This document shows positions 38,978 through 49,478 of a stretch of DNA of 58,306 nucleotides, one piece after another. Origin of the DNA: an uncultured Bacteroidota bacterium (GTDB lineage: Bacteria; Bacteroidota; Bacteroidia; Chitinophagales; Saprospiraceae); assembly GCA_903854205.1 (NCBI GenBank), contig CAINVS010000290.1, forward strand, positions 1 through 58,306, read 5' to 3'. Position numbers and translations under genes: made by a program. The first letter of the stretch is position 1. Every line of letters begins with the position of its first letter. Under the pieces are notes generated by a model that searched no databases, was not told the origin of the DNA, and was given only the letters and a program-made list of their open reading frames with translations.

Positions 38978-41900
38978 CTAGAAAGTAAAGAGCGCACCTA
39001 AGAAAATACGACGTGGGCGTGAAATATTGAATGGATCACGCATGCGGAGGTCGTACAATAACTGGTAAGAAGCGCCACGGTTGGCCAACAAACCAAGACC
39101 CGGACTATCCTGAATTGAAAGGAAACCATCATCCAAAGGATTTCCTGTTGCAGGATAAACATCCAAAATATTGCGAGAATTCAACACATTTTGAACACGA
39201 AGATAAACGTTTACATCAATTGGATTTTTAGATTTCTTGCCAATTGTAAAATCACGGTCGATACGTAGGTCGATACGGAAATTCCAAGGCATACGAGCAC
39301 CATTGATACCACCTTCAGTCTGAGCATTGGTAAAGTTGGTACCTATACCGCCCGGGATAGCCTTGCGAGTATAAGGACTGCCTGAGAAAAGGTTGAATGA
39401 TAGATTAGCACCTGTATTTGCAAGGATATCTGCTTTTCCAATTTTTGGCCCGTCATATGCTTTTCCTTCACCATAACGATAATCCAACAAAAGGAACATG
39501 TCGTGACGCTGGTCAAAATCAAGCGGGAAAATATAACGAAGGTCTGTTGCCGCTACATTCAGAGAAGAAGTTGGACTAGAACCTGTACCCTCAGCAAACT
39601 GTAGTGTATAGTTGGCAAGAATACGTAGGTTTTTCATACGACGACGATCGTACTCCACTTTCAAAGATTTAACAGTGGAGAAGTCATCATTACCGAACGA
39701 TTTGTAAGTAACAGGATAAGCCAAAACATACTGACGTACTTGGATCAGATCACGCTCTTCACGGTAAAGCAAAGAGAATTTTAATTTTGAATTTTCATTA
39801 AGAGCCTGCTGATAACCAACCTCGTAATTGATTGTACGCTGCGGACGAAGATTTGGGTTCGCCATCAGATCTCTGTTGTTACGGAAATTGAAATAGGTAA
39901 GCGGAGTTGCAAGTGTTGCTTCTGGCGGACGCATAGACAAAATGTCATAGTTCGCATAGAAGTTAGCTTTGTCACCAATTGGGAACGAGAAAGAAATTCG
40001 TGGCATGACAACGAAACTTGGCGTATAATCTCGGAAAGCATTGTCAGGATTATATTCTTCACCCTGAGGGTCATTGATAGCAGTACTAAAACCACGAAGA
40101 GCCGGCAACACAATACTTCCCAACTCTGTTGGAGTATTGACAGCCAAACCATTTTCGTCGTACCATTGTTCACCATTACGGTAACCTATAATAGAGGCAT
40201 CGGGACTATTGTCATTAACATATACAGCGTATTCATCACCGATATTACCCGGACGAACATAACCTGATTGCTGTGGAGCAGAGTAGCCTGAGCCTGAGTT
40301 TTCAAACTCAGATGCCTTATAGTAACCAGCAACAGAATATGGATCCTGTAATACTTTTGTATTTGCATCGTAACTGTCAAAACGCAAACCGAGACGGAAA
40401 ATAATGTCTTTGTATTTGAATTTATCCTGAATATAACCGGCAACGTAGATTGGAGAGAATGGTGCAACAGGACGAGTTTTGCGACCGTTTGCATCTGTAG
40501 CATTGAAAAAATCGTTGTATGCTACATTAGTTCCAAGCGTGTTACCAAGATAATCATAGCCATAATAGTTAACAAGCTGCTGAGATCCAAGAATCAGTGT
40601 AGTTGGGTCAAACCAACTCATCTGCATGTCGTTGGGATTAATCTCATGTACATTTACCCAATCAGCCGGATTTTTGCCCAAGAAATTGCGTAGATTCTCA
40701 GCAAAAGCTGACATCTGAATAGGATTACCTTCTTCGTCATTACGTATCAAAGCATTGTTCTGCGAATAGTAACGCTGTGAGAATGGGTCGAAAAATACTA
40801 CCGCATTTCCGTTTTCATCTAAAACAGGATTGTTGGGATCTGCGGCATTTGATATGTGACTATTTGCACTTTGATCGGCCAATGTCCAAAGACTAAAAGG
40901 AGAAAGTGTATAAGAACGGAATACACGCTGCTCATACACACCGCCAATCTGAACAGAGTGACGGATTTTACCTTTGTTGGTTACAAGGTCAAAATTAGCT
41001 TTTACAGTACCACGGATCTGAGTATTGTTTCCTTTACCATAACCATTTCCTGTATTATAAGAGTTGTTGAACAGACCAAATACGGTGTTTGCAGTAGTTG
41101 TAAAACGGCCATTAATTACCTCCATAAGCTCCATGTCGGTAACTGTAGAGAAATCAAGTACATTATTGTAGTTAGAAAGGCCACCGTCAAATCCAAGCTG
41201 ACCTGCAGGAGTATAACCCTGAAAAGAATTCTGGTTGAAGGCATGACCAAATACCGATTCTGAACCCAATGTATCTCCAGTAGAATTTAGGATATAGTTA
41301 GTATCGATAATACCTACAAGCGGACGTTGTTCACGGCGGATTTGACCGACATAACCATACTCCCAAAAACGATCTCCAAAACGTGGGTCATATTGCATGT
41401 TGTCGCTTTGGGTATAGTCACCCTGAAGCTCATAACTGAAGTTTTGGAAAACAGGTATAGAAGTACTGTCGCCTGCTTCAGCATTGTAGATTGTATTTGA
41501 AATTGTATGGCGGAAACGAGCATATACGCGCCAATTGCTTGCAAAATACACAGGATTGAATTCTGAGTTGAAGAGACGGTTAGCTGTGGTAGGAGATTTA
41601 CCCCAGTCAAACTGACCCTGGCCACCCAATACGAAATAGAAATCCTGATTAGGTTTGTAATCAAGTTTTATTGTTGCTAGGCCTGTAGAGTTACGGCCAT
41701 TAGGTCGAACAGAAACAGGTACAAGGTCGTCTGCCGTAATTGACTCCGCAGCGTTTATTCGACCGACTCCACCGGGAGCGAGAATAAGCGGATTGGCAAG
41801 AATTTCTGCCTCGCGGGCCTCTGTCAAACGGAACGAACCCAATGCAGATGGACGTGAATCCAAATTAGTGGTGTAACGTGCCGCAAAGCGATAACCCAAG

Positions 41901-42772
41901 ATAGCTGTTTTTTTAACTCTTCCATCCGATTTCATGGTATCACCATCAGCATTCAACTGTATTTTGGAAAGGATAGGACCACCCAAACTTATGTCAATTG
42001 TAGACGCAGCAAATGGATCAAGGAATTGAGATGTTTCAAGCTGAACACCTCCTGAAAATTTAGCAGATGGGCCTTTTGTCACAATGTTTGTAATAGCACC
42101 GGTAGCATCACCAAATTCAGCAGGAATACCCGACGTGATAATTTGGATCTGATCGATCTCGGTTTCAGGAATTGAAGCACCTCCAATTACGCGAACACCA
42201 TCTACATAGGTATCATCACTTGAGCTACGGCTACCATTAGCATTAGTCGCTTCACCCTCGTCTTTCTGAGAGATACCGGCAGTTGTTGCTTTAATGGAAC
42301 TGATACTACGTGTTGCCAATTTTGCGATGTCTTCAGAACCGAGAGTTTGACCTGAAGTGGTGTTGTCAATCTCAATAAGTGGAATTTTAAATGCTGTTAC
42401 AATAACCGTTTTACCTGAATCACCTTCAGATGCAAGGGCGATTTCTTCGCTATTGTAAGAGACATCATAGTTCATCGTCTGACCAATTTTGATGACTACG
42501 CCAGTAGTTTTCTTGGTAGGCATACCTACATAAGATACCATAAGGTCGTAGGTACCGGCATCGATGTTTGAGAAGTTGTACAGGCCGTCGAAATCGGTAG
42601 AAGTTCCCCGAACCAGGTTGTCCCCTTTGTAGAGGGCCACGTTCGCATAGGGCAACGGCTCACCGTTTTCGTCCAGCACCTTACCCTGTAAGTCGCCCGT
42701 TGTCTGCGCAAAAGCAGAACCAAAGCCGAAAAACAGTAATAAGAGTAAAATCATGTAACGAACCATAACCAT
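38978..42772 (-). CDS. TonB-dependent-receptor-like barrel with N-terminal carboxypeptidase-regulatory-like domain
   Basis: GKVLDENGEPLPYANV..TDFDG.Y N-domain, plug-like YVDGVR..SGIPAEFGD, YIQDK, PRISFSFP, NPNLRPQRTINYEVG, terminal Phe. Confidence 0.88.
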   Translation of the reverse strand: MVMVRYMILLLLLFFGFGSAFAQTTGDLQGKVLDENGEPLPYANVALYKGDNLVRGTSTDFDGLYNFSNIDAGTYDLMVSYVGMPTKKTTGVVIKIGQTMNYDVSYNSEEIALASEGDSGKTVIVTAFKIPLIEIDNTTSGQTLGSEDIAKLATRSISSIKATTAGISQKDEGEATNANGSRSSSDDTYVDGVRVIGGASIPETEIDQIQIITSGIPAEFGDATGAITNIVTKGPSAKFSGGVQLETSQFLDPFAASTIDISLGGPILSKIQLNADGDTMKSDGRVKKTAILGYRFAARYTTNLDSRPSALGSFRLTEAREAEILANPLILAPGGVGRINAAESITADDLVPVSVRPNGRNSTGLATIKLDYKPNQDFYFVLGGQGQFDWGKSPTTANRLFNSEFNPVYFASNWRVYARFRHTISNTIYNAEAGDSTSIPVFQNFSYELQGDYTQSDNMQYDPRFGDRFWEYGYVGQIRREQRPLVGIIDTNYILNSTGDTLGSESVFGHAFNQNSFQGYTPAGQLGFDGGLSNYNNVLDFSTVTDMELMEVINGRFTTTANTVFGLFNNSYNTGNGYGKGNNTQIRGTVKANFDLVTNKGKIRHSVQIGGVYEQRVFRSYTLSPFSLWTLADQSANSHISNAADPNNPVLDENGNAVVFFDPFSQRYYSQNNALIRNDEEGNPIQMSAFAENLRNFLGKNPADWVNVHEINPNDMQMSWFDPTTLILGSQQLVNYYGYDYLGNTLGTNVAYNDFFNATDANGRKTRPVAPFSPIYVAGYIQDKFKYKDIIFRLGLRFDSYDANTKVLQDPYSVAGYYKASEFENSGSGYSAPQQSGYVRPGNIGDEYAVYVNDNSPDASIIGYRNGEQWYDENGLAVNTPTELGSIVLPALRGFSTAINDPQGEEYNPDNAFRDYTPSFVVMPRISFSFPIGDKANFYANYDILSMRPPEATLATPLTYFNFRNNRDLMANPNLRPQRTINYEVGYQQALNENSKLKFSLLYREERDLIQVRQYVLAYPVTYKSFGNDDFSTVKSLKVEYDRRRMKNLRILANYTLQFAEGTGSSPTSSLNVAATDLRYIFPLDFDQRHDMFLLLDYRYGEGKAYDGPKIGKADILANTGANLSFNLFSGSPYTRKAIPGGIGTNFTNAQTEGGINGARMPWNFRIDLRIDRDFTIGKKSKNPIDVNVYLRVQNVLNSRNILDVYPATGNPLDDGFLSIQDSPGLGLLANRGASYQLLYDLRMRDPFNISRPRRIFLGALFTF

Positions 42773-42934
42773 GTAAGATTAATTAAGTTTAAAAATAAGT
42801 CGAATAGCTCTTTTATTGAGTTTCTGGCCAAAATTAATAAAGAAGGGTTACTATATCAGTAAATTTGAACCTTTATTCCGTCATTAAAACTATTTAAAAG
42901 TAAGTATACCCAAAAATTAAAATTTGGTAACTGT

Positions 42935-43888
42935 TTAGCACAGTTCTATCTTATCAATAATTCTCTTTAACAAAAGTGCAGATAATCTTTCTTTCGATTC
43001 ATGTGTCCAGCCCGCAATGTGCGGTGACAGTAATACATTGGGTCTTCCGTACAGTTCTTCGAACAGTTTTTCCTGCTCGTCGGTATAAGTTTCAGGTTTT
43101 TCGTTTTCAAAAACATCTAAACAGGCTCCCAAAACCTTTCCATTGTCTAAATTTCTTAAAAGAGCGTCAGTTTTGACAATTTCACCTCTTGCAGTATTTA
43201 TAAGTACAACGGGTTTTTTAAACCTGAGCAGAAATTCGTCATTCACCAATCCTTTTGTTTCAGCAGTTAAAGGCAGGTGAATGCTGACAACATCGGCCTC
43301 GTCAAACATTTGCTCCATTGTTGATTCCTCAACATTTAGCATTTCTTTTGAATATCCTGTTCGGTATTTATCAAAGACCAGAGTCTTAACGCTAAAGCCG
43401 TTCAGTCGTTTTGCAAAAGCAGTTCCGGTATAACCGAAACCTATAATGCCAATACATTTTCCCATTATTTCCCAACCCCTCAATGCCTCTCTTCTCCAAA
43501 TTTTCTTTCTTACATCAAAGTTAGCTATACAAAGGTTATTGGCCAATGAAAGCAGCATACCCATTGCATGTTCTGCCACCGCATCGCAGTTTCCGTCAGG
43601 AGAACGATGCACCAGCACACCTTTTTCACGGGCATAATCCAAATCGATAATTTCAAGTCCGGAACCCAATCGGGCAACAAACTTCAGATTTGGTGACTTA
43701 TCCAGAAAGTTTTTATCAACATTTATCTTGCTGTTGATGATTATTCCTTCATAGGATGCCATCATATCCGGCACTTTTTTTGAATCAATTTCCGGCAGGT
43801 AGTGACACTCAAAACCCGCAGCAGTGAGCCCTGACAATAAGTTCGGATGAACCGCATCAGTGATCAGAACAGTTGCTTTGTTGTGCAT
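42935..43888 (-). CDS. D-2-hydroxyacid dehydrogenase (SerA-like)
   Basis: AVAEHA, GIIGFG, INTARG, LDVFENE, SPHIAG. Confidence 0.9.
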   Translation of the reverse strand: MHNKATVLITDAVHPNLLSGLTAAGFECHYLPEIDSKKVPDMMASYEGIIINSKINVDKNFLDKSPNLKFVARLGSGLEIIDLDYAREKGVLVHRSPDGNCDAVAEHAMGMLLSLANNLCIANFDVRKKIWRREALRGWEIMGKCIGIIGFGYTGTAFAKRLNGFSVKTLVFDKYRTGYSKEMLNVEESTMEQMFDEADVVSIHLPLTAETKGLVNDEFLLRFKKPVVLINTARGEIVKTDALLRNLDNGKVLGACLDVFENEKPETYTDEQEKLFEELYGRPNVLLSPHIAGWTHESKERLSALLLKRIIDKIELC

Positions 43889-44018
43889 TTTTCAACGGTT
43901 TAACTTGCCACGAACGACAAATATAATAAGCTTTTGCAGATTGCACCAAAAAAGGCTTAACAATTAATTAAGATTAATTGCAATTACACAATTTTGCCTG
44001 ACGAAACTTAATAAAAAG

Positions 44019-44801
44019 TTAAGTCTGACGAAATTTTTCGACTTGATTGGTAAGAAAGACAAATTCCTGAAGTGAAAGTTGTTCAGGACGTTTTTCGTAG
44101 AATAAATCATTTTCTATTACATCTTTTGGAAAAAAGGGTTTCAATGAATTGCGCAACATTTTTCTTCTTTGATTAAAACTTGCTTTAACTATTATTTTCA
44201 GCAGATTTTCATCACATCCGAGTTCCTTGTAATTTTTCTTTCTTTGAAGTGCAATCACTCCAGAATTTACTTTTGGGGGTGGGTTAAAACTGCCGGGTTT
44301 TACTGTAAACAGGTAACGTATATCATAAAAGGCCTGCATGAGCACACTCAATACGCCATATTCTTTATTTCCGGGCCCCGAAGCAATACGCTCTGCTACT
44401 TCTTTTTGAAACATCCCGACTACTTCAGGTACATAATCTTTATTTTCAAGTGCCTTGAAAAGGATTTGTGATGAAATATTGTAAGGAAAATTGCCAATTA
44501 TAGCAAAGGGCCTTCCCTCCATCTTTGAAACCAAATCCACTTTCAAAAAATCGTCAGATATTATTCTTTCAGATAATTCAGGGTAATGCTCATTCAAATA
44601 GGTTACCATATCCCCGTCAGCCTCTACCACTGTTAATCTGTGATCGGCTATCTGAAGCAGATATTTTGTTAACATTCCCATGCCCGGACCGACCTCCAAA
44701 ATATCTTCATATTCATCGAGCAATTGTAGACTCGAAGCTATCTTGAGAGAAATACTTTCTTCTTTCAGAAAGTGTTGGCCGAATGATTTTTTAGCTTTCA
44801 A
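44019..44801 (-). CDS. rsmA: 16S rRNA m6,2A1518/A1519 dimethyltransferase
   Basis: KKSFGQHFL, LEVGPG.G.LT, GNFPYNISS, QKEVAERI, PPPKVNS, FNQRRKMLRNSL. Confidence 0.97.
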   Translation of the reverse strand: MKAKKSFGQHFLKEESISLKIASSLQLLDEYEDILEVGPGMGMLTKYLLQIADHRLTVVEADGDMVTYLNEHYPELSERIISDDFLKVDLVSKMEGRPFAIIGNFPYNISSQILFKALENKDYVPEVVGMFQKEVAERIASGPGNKEYGVLSVLMQAFYDIRYLFTVKPGSFNPPPKVNSGVIALQRKKNYKELGCDENLLKIIVKASFNQRRKMLRNSLKPFFPKDVIENDLFYEKRPEQLSLQEFVFLTNQVEKFRQT

Positions 44802-45011
44802 AAGACAGGATATTTAAACCTTTGTTAAGGAAGTTTAGACTTCATTAACATAGATGATGAAAAAGCAAAAAAAGTTTAGTGATCTCTATTATTATTTTTA
44901 TTTTTATTAAATATGCCTACCTTCCTTATTCAAAAAGATTGGATATTTGGCGAATAGCTATATATTAGCTGCTCTTACCCGAATTATTCTGCTCACAAAT
45001 TTAGTATTATC

Positions 45012-46460
45012 ATGTTGAATACAAACATTATTTCGGTATCAAACTATGGTCCTGATGAAAATTTAATCATCCTCACCCGTAAAGACAGTCTGTCTTGGGC
45101 TGAAAGCATACTTTCAGCCAATGAATTGGCGGTTTTAACTAAAATGGCAACTGACGAAGCTCCCTATGCTATTTTCAACAGCGGCGGCAGATGGGTTATT
45201 GTAGAATTTGTATCGGAAAAAGCAGATGCAGACTTTAGAGCAGAAGCTATGCGCCGCAATGGAGGCAGCAGAGTTTCACTCCTGCGCAATACAAAAATTG
45301 AGTCTGTTACCTTACTGAATCAGGCATCCGAAAATTTGGGGGCAGCATATGCAGAAGGACTAATTTTAGGTAATTATAAATTCATCAAATATTTCAAGCA
45401 GGCCGAAAAACAGGCCTCCTGTTTCACTGGCCTCAAGGTTTTGGAAAATACTGTTTCTGCCGCAGAACTGGAAACTTTGAAGACTGTACTCGAAACAGTT
45501 TGCATCACTCGTACTTTGGTCAACGAACCGGTTATGTTTCTCGATGCGGTTCAGCTTTCCAAAGAAATTGCCGACTTGGGCAAAGCTTCGGGTTTTTCTA
45601 CTGAAACTTTTGACAAGGCTAAAATTCAGGAACTGGGCATGGGTGGTTTGCTTTCCGTTAATTTAGGAAGTCAGATTCCGCCTACCTTTAATATTATGGA
45701 ATGGAAACCTGAGGGTTCCAAAAACAGCAAACCTATTGTTTTGGTCGGAAAAGGTGTGGTTTATGACACCGGTGGTCTGAGTCTGAAACCGACGGCAAAC
45801 TCAATGGACTATATGAAATGCGATATGGCCGGCGCAGCTGTAGTCGTTGGCGTACTGTATCTGGCTGCCAAACTGAAACTACCATTACACATAGTTGGAT
45901 TGGTACCTGCTACCGATAACCGCCCCGGAGAAAATGCTTATGTTCCCGGTGATGTCATAAAAATGTACAATGGTTCTTTCGTAGAAGTACTAAATACAGA
46001 TGCAGAGGGCCGTATGATTCTTGCTGACGCGCTTCATTATGCAAAAAAATACGATCCTGAATTTGTTTTCGATTTCGCAACATTAACCGGTGCTGCTGCT
46101 GTAGCAATAGGACCTGTAGCAGGAGTAATCATGGGTAATGTAAATGATGATATCAAAAAAATGCTGAGAACTGCAGGAAACGAAACCTTTGAACGTACTG
46201 TAGAATTCCCGCTTTGGGATGAATACGGAGATGAAATAAAATCTGACATTGCAGACCTTAAAAACGTTGGAGGCTCTTTTGGAGGGGCTATCACAGCAGG
46301 AAAATTCCTGGAACATTTCACTGATTATCCTTGGATGCACTTCGATATAGCAGGTGTTGCCTTCTCTCATAAAGAAAGCAACTATAAGGTAAAAGGAGGA
46401 ACCGGATACGGAATAAGACTGATGCACAATTTCCTGAAGGCATATCTGGAAAAAGCATAA
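45012..46460 (+). CDS. pepA: Leucyl aminopeptidase (M17)
   Basis: VGKGVVYDTGG, MKCDMAG, NTDAEGR, ATLTGA. Confidence 0.93.
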   Translation: MLNTNIISVSNYGPDENLIILTRKDSLSWAESILSANELAVLTKMATDEAPYAIFNSGGRWVIVEFVSEKADADFRAEAMRRNGGSRVSLLRNTKIESVTLLNQASENLGAAYAEGLILGNYKFIKYFKQAEKQASCFTGLKVLENTVSAAELETLKTVLETVCITRTLVNEPVMFLDAVQLSKEIADLGKASGFSTETFDKAKIQELGMGGLLSVNLGSQIPPTFNIMEWKPEGSKNSKPIVLVGKGVVYDTGGLSLKPTANSMDYMKCDMAGAAVVVGVLYLAAKLKLPLHIVGLVPATDNRPGENAYVPGDVIKMYNGSFVEVLNTDAEGRMILADALHYAKKYDPEFVFDFATLTGAAAVAIGPVAGVIMGNVNDDIKKMLRTAGNETFERTVEFPLWDEYGDEIKSDIADLKNVGGSFGGAITAGKFLEHFTDYPWMHFDIAGVAFSHKESNYKVKGGTGYGIRLMHNFLKAYLEKA

Positions 46461-46470
46461 TCAAAAAAGC

Positions 46471-46505
46471 AGAGGGTAGATAGTACAAGATACGATCTAC
46501 CCTCT
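46471..46505 (+). terminator. Terminator after pepA, abutting a TATCTTTG promoter element (46506-46513) before fahA
   Basis: AGAGGGTAGAT...ATCTACCCTCT 11-bp stem. Confidence 0.65.
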
Positions 46506-46556
46506 TATCTTTGTGGCCTATTTAATTCTACTCAAAAAAGTCAATTATAAAAGAAC

Positions 46557-47828
46557 ATGCTTAAAGCGAACAACCCTCAGCTCCTTTCATGGATTGAAGT
46601 CCCTGCCAATTGTGACTTCCCTATTCAAAATATTCCCTTCGGCATTTTTAAAACCACCCAAAAACCACCGCGCATGGGCACTATCATCGGAAATACGGTG
46701 ATCGACCTTCAAACAATGGCAGAAATGGGTTATTTTAATGACTTGGATCTTATAAAAACAGTCTTCTCCCAAAAATATATTAATGATTTCATGTCTTTGG
46801 GCAAGGCAAAAACTCTGGCAGTACGTGATAAACTTGCAGAACTGTTCTCCAGCGAAAATCCTACCCTGCGCGATGACAGTAGCGCAAAATCTAAAATATT
46901 GCACCATAAGGATGAAGTAAGCTTGCTGCTTCCTGTACAGGTGGGCGATTATACCGATTTCTACTCCAGCCGCGAGCATGCCACCAACGTGGGCATTATG
47001 TTCCGTGACCCTCAAAATGCATTGCTGCCAAACTGGCTTCACCTCCCTGTCGGTTATCATGGCCGGGCATCTTCTATAGTTGTTTCCGGAACTTCCATCA
47101 TCCGCCCTAAAGGACAAATGCGACCCAATCAGGAGCAGCCGCCTGTTTATGGTCCAAGCAAACAATTGGACTTTGAACTGGAAGTAGCTTTTGTCGTCGG
47201 AAAATCAAATACCATGGGCAGTTCTGTAAGTACAGGCGAAGCAGAAGATTATATCTTCGGCCTGGCACTCTTCAATGATTGGTCAGCCCGAGATATTCAG
47301 AGCTGGGAATATGTGCCGCTGGGCCCATTTTTGGGCAAAAACTTCGGTTCTACTATCTCTCCGTGGATCGTGACTTTGGAAGCATTGAATTTACTTCGCG
47401 TTCAGGGTCCTGTCCAGGAACCAAAGGTTCTCCCCTATTTGGAATATCAGGGAGAAAAAAGTTATGACATACAATTGGAAGTCCTGATCCGTCCTGAAAA
47501 TGGACAGGAAACGCTGGTTTCTCATTCCAATTTCAAATATATGTATTGGACAATGGCGCAGCAATTGGCTCATCATACTGTAAACGGTTGCAATATGCGT
47601 GTAGGGGATCTTTGTGCTTCGGGAACTATCTCCGGACCAACTCCGGACAGTTATGGCTCTATGCTCGAAATTTCCTGGAAAGGCACCAAACCTGTAAATA
47701 TGACGGATGGCAGTGAACGCAAGTTTATCGATGATGGAGACACAGTCATTCTGAAAGGTTGGGGAGAGAGAAATGGTCTGCGAATCGGGTTCGGTATTTG
47801 TGAGGGAAAGGTATTACCTGCGAAATAA
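46557..47828 (+). CDS. fahA: Fumarylacetoacetase
   Basis: DFPIQNIPFG, DYTDFYSS..HA.NVG, YHGRASS, LDFELE, NDWSARDIQ.WEYVPLGPF. Confidence 0.96.
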   Translation: MLKANNPQLLSWIEVPANCDFPIQNIPFGIFKTTQKPPRMGTIIGNTVIDLQTMAEMGYFNDLDLIKTVFSQKYINDFMSLGKAKTLAVRDKLAELFSSENPTLRDDSSAKSKILHHKDEVSLLLPVQVGDYTDFYSSREHATNVGIMFRDPQNALLPNWLHLPVGYHGRASSIVVSGTSIIRPKGQMRPNQEQPPVYGPSKQLDFELEVAFVVGKSNTMGSSVSTGEAEDYIFGLALFNDWSARDIQSWEYVPLGPFLGKNFGSTISPWIVTLEALNLLRVQGPVQEPKVLPYLEYQGEKSYDIQLEVLIRPENGQETLVSHSNFKYMYWTMAQQLAHHTVNGCNMRVGDLCASGTISGPTPDSYGSMLEISWKGTKPVNMTDGSERKFIDDGDTVILKGWGERNGLRIGFGICEGKVLPAK

Positions 47829-48016
47829 GATTGTCAGATATTAGATTATCGGAAGTCAGATTAAACAAAGAACTTAATGCCGAAGGCTAAAGCTTTCTGA
47901 CCGGTTTCCTTCATCTTTCCGCTTTGTGGTCCTACGTTTCCTCTTTAAAGAGTTCTCTCGTCTTGGGACAAGATCGGTTCATCTTTTATCTTTTTGTCTT
48001 TTATCTTTCCATTTTT

Positions 48017-49243
48017 GTGATATTCAACTCCGATCTCTGGCAGGAAATAACCGCATCTATCCGAAAGCATCCGCTTCGGACGGGGCTTACCATGTTTGGA
48101 GTATTTTGGGGAATTTTTATGCTGGTTCTTCTTTTGGGCGTTGGCAACGCACTTCAGAATGGCGCTGAATACGAATTTAGAGATGATGCTGTAAACAGTA
48201 TTTGGGTTTTCAGGGGGCAGACTTCCAAGCCCTATAAAGGTATGCAGCCGGGGCGCGACATCAGATTTGACAACAGTGATTACAGTGATTTTAAAACAAA
48301 AATTGACGGTGTCGAATTTGTTGCCGGCAGATTCAATATTCCTGGGCCTGTCACTGTCAGTTATAAAAATAGAGATTATACCTTCGATGTGCGCTCTGTT
48401 CATCCGGCCCACCTTATTTTGGAAAATACCATTGTAGATAACGGGCGTTATATCAATGAAAATGACATCAGTGCTTATCGCAAAACAGCCTGTATAGGCA
48501 AAATAGTTGCTGAGACTATTTTTGGGAAAGTGAATCCGATTGGAAAACACATTAACATTAACGGAGTAGAGTTTCTCATTGTCGGAGTTTACAGCGACAC
48601 CGGTTCAGAGCGGGAAATGCGCATCATCTATTTGCCAATAACCACCGCCCAAAGGGTTTTTTCTACAAAAGATGAGGTAAATATGCTCATGGTGACCACC
48701 GGCACCGCAAATTCAGATGAAGCCGTCAAGATTGAACAGCGCCTTCGCAGTCATCTATCTGCAAAACACAACTTTGCGCCGGATGATGCTCAGGCCCTGC
48801 GTATACGTAATCGCGTAAAACAGTTCGAAAGGATTATGGAGTTATTTTCCATCATCCGATTCTTTACCTGGTTTGTTGGAATCGGCAGTATCATTGCCGG
48901 TGTTATCGGTGTTGGAAACATTATGCTCATCATAGTAAAAGACCGCACCAAAGAAATCGGCATCCGAAAAGCAATTGGCGCCAATCCGGGCAGTATCATA
49001 CAAATGATATTGCTGGAAGCTGTACTCATCACAGCTACTGCAGGCTATCTCGGACTTTTGGCAGGTTGGGCGGTTATCTATACACTTAGCGACATGGAAG
49101 CAAATTTTTTCAGACACCCGTCTGTTTCTTTCCCTGTTATACTTATTGCCATTTTCGTTTTGGTTTTAATGGGCACCCTTGCGGGTCTGATTCCAGCCAT
49201 GCGCGCAGCTAAAATTCAGCCGATTGTGGCGATGAGGGGGTAA
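48017..49243 (+). CDS. MacB/FtsX-family ABC transporter permease
   Basis: LRTGLTMFGVFWGIFML, GRYINE.D, GVIGVGNIMLI.VKDRTKEIGIRKAIGA. GTG at 48017 preferred over 47924. Confidence 0.9.
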   Translation: MIFNSDLWQEITASIRKHPLRTGLTMFGVFWGIFMLVLLLGVGNALQNGAEYEFRDDAVNSIWVFRGQTSKPYKGMQPGRDIRFDNSDYSDFKTKIDGVEFVAGRFNIPGPVTVSYKNRDYTFDVRSVHPAHLILENTIVDNGRYINENDISAYRKTACIGKIVAETIFGKVNPIGKHININGVEFLIVGVYSDTGSEREMRIIYLPITTAQRVFSTKDEVNMLMVTTGTANSDEAVKIEQRLRSHLSAKHNFAPDDAQALRIRNRVKQFERIMELFSIIRFFTWFVGIGSIIAGVIGVGNIMLIIVKDRTKEIGIRKAIGANPGSIIQMILLEAVLITATAGYLGLLAGWAVIYTLSDMEANFFRHPSVSFPVILIAIFVLVLMGTLAGLIPAMRAAKIQPIVAMRG

Positions 49244-49399
49244 AAAACAAGAGTCAGCCACTTCGTTCAATGACCGCATCTTACAAAAAAGTAGCTATAG
49301 TTTTTTTATTTTGAAGACACAATAATATTCCTGCAACAAAAATAAAACTTCTTCAGCTTTGCCGATATTGTATTCTCTATAGTCATATTCGCCTGATTC

Positions 49400-49433
49400 T
49401 AAACCGAGATCCGTTATTAGAGTTAGTGGTGAA
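49400..49433 (-). repeat. Repeat family A, copy 3
   Basis: Minus strand TTCACCACTAACTCTAATAACGGATCTCGGTTTA is 30/34 identical to 4-37. Confidence 0.8.
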
Positions 49434-49478
49434 CCCGATTGCCTCTGTGAATCGTATTCCCAAGCATCCAACAGCGAT

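Noticed and set aside
47924-48016. N-terminal extension of the ABC permease
   Set aside because: Runs through low-complexity TCTTTTA-type repeats; family similarity begins at IFNSDLWQEI.
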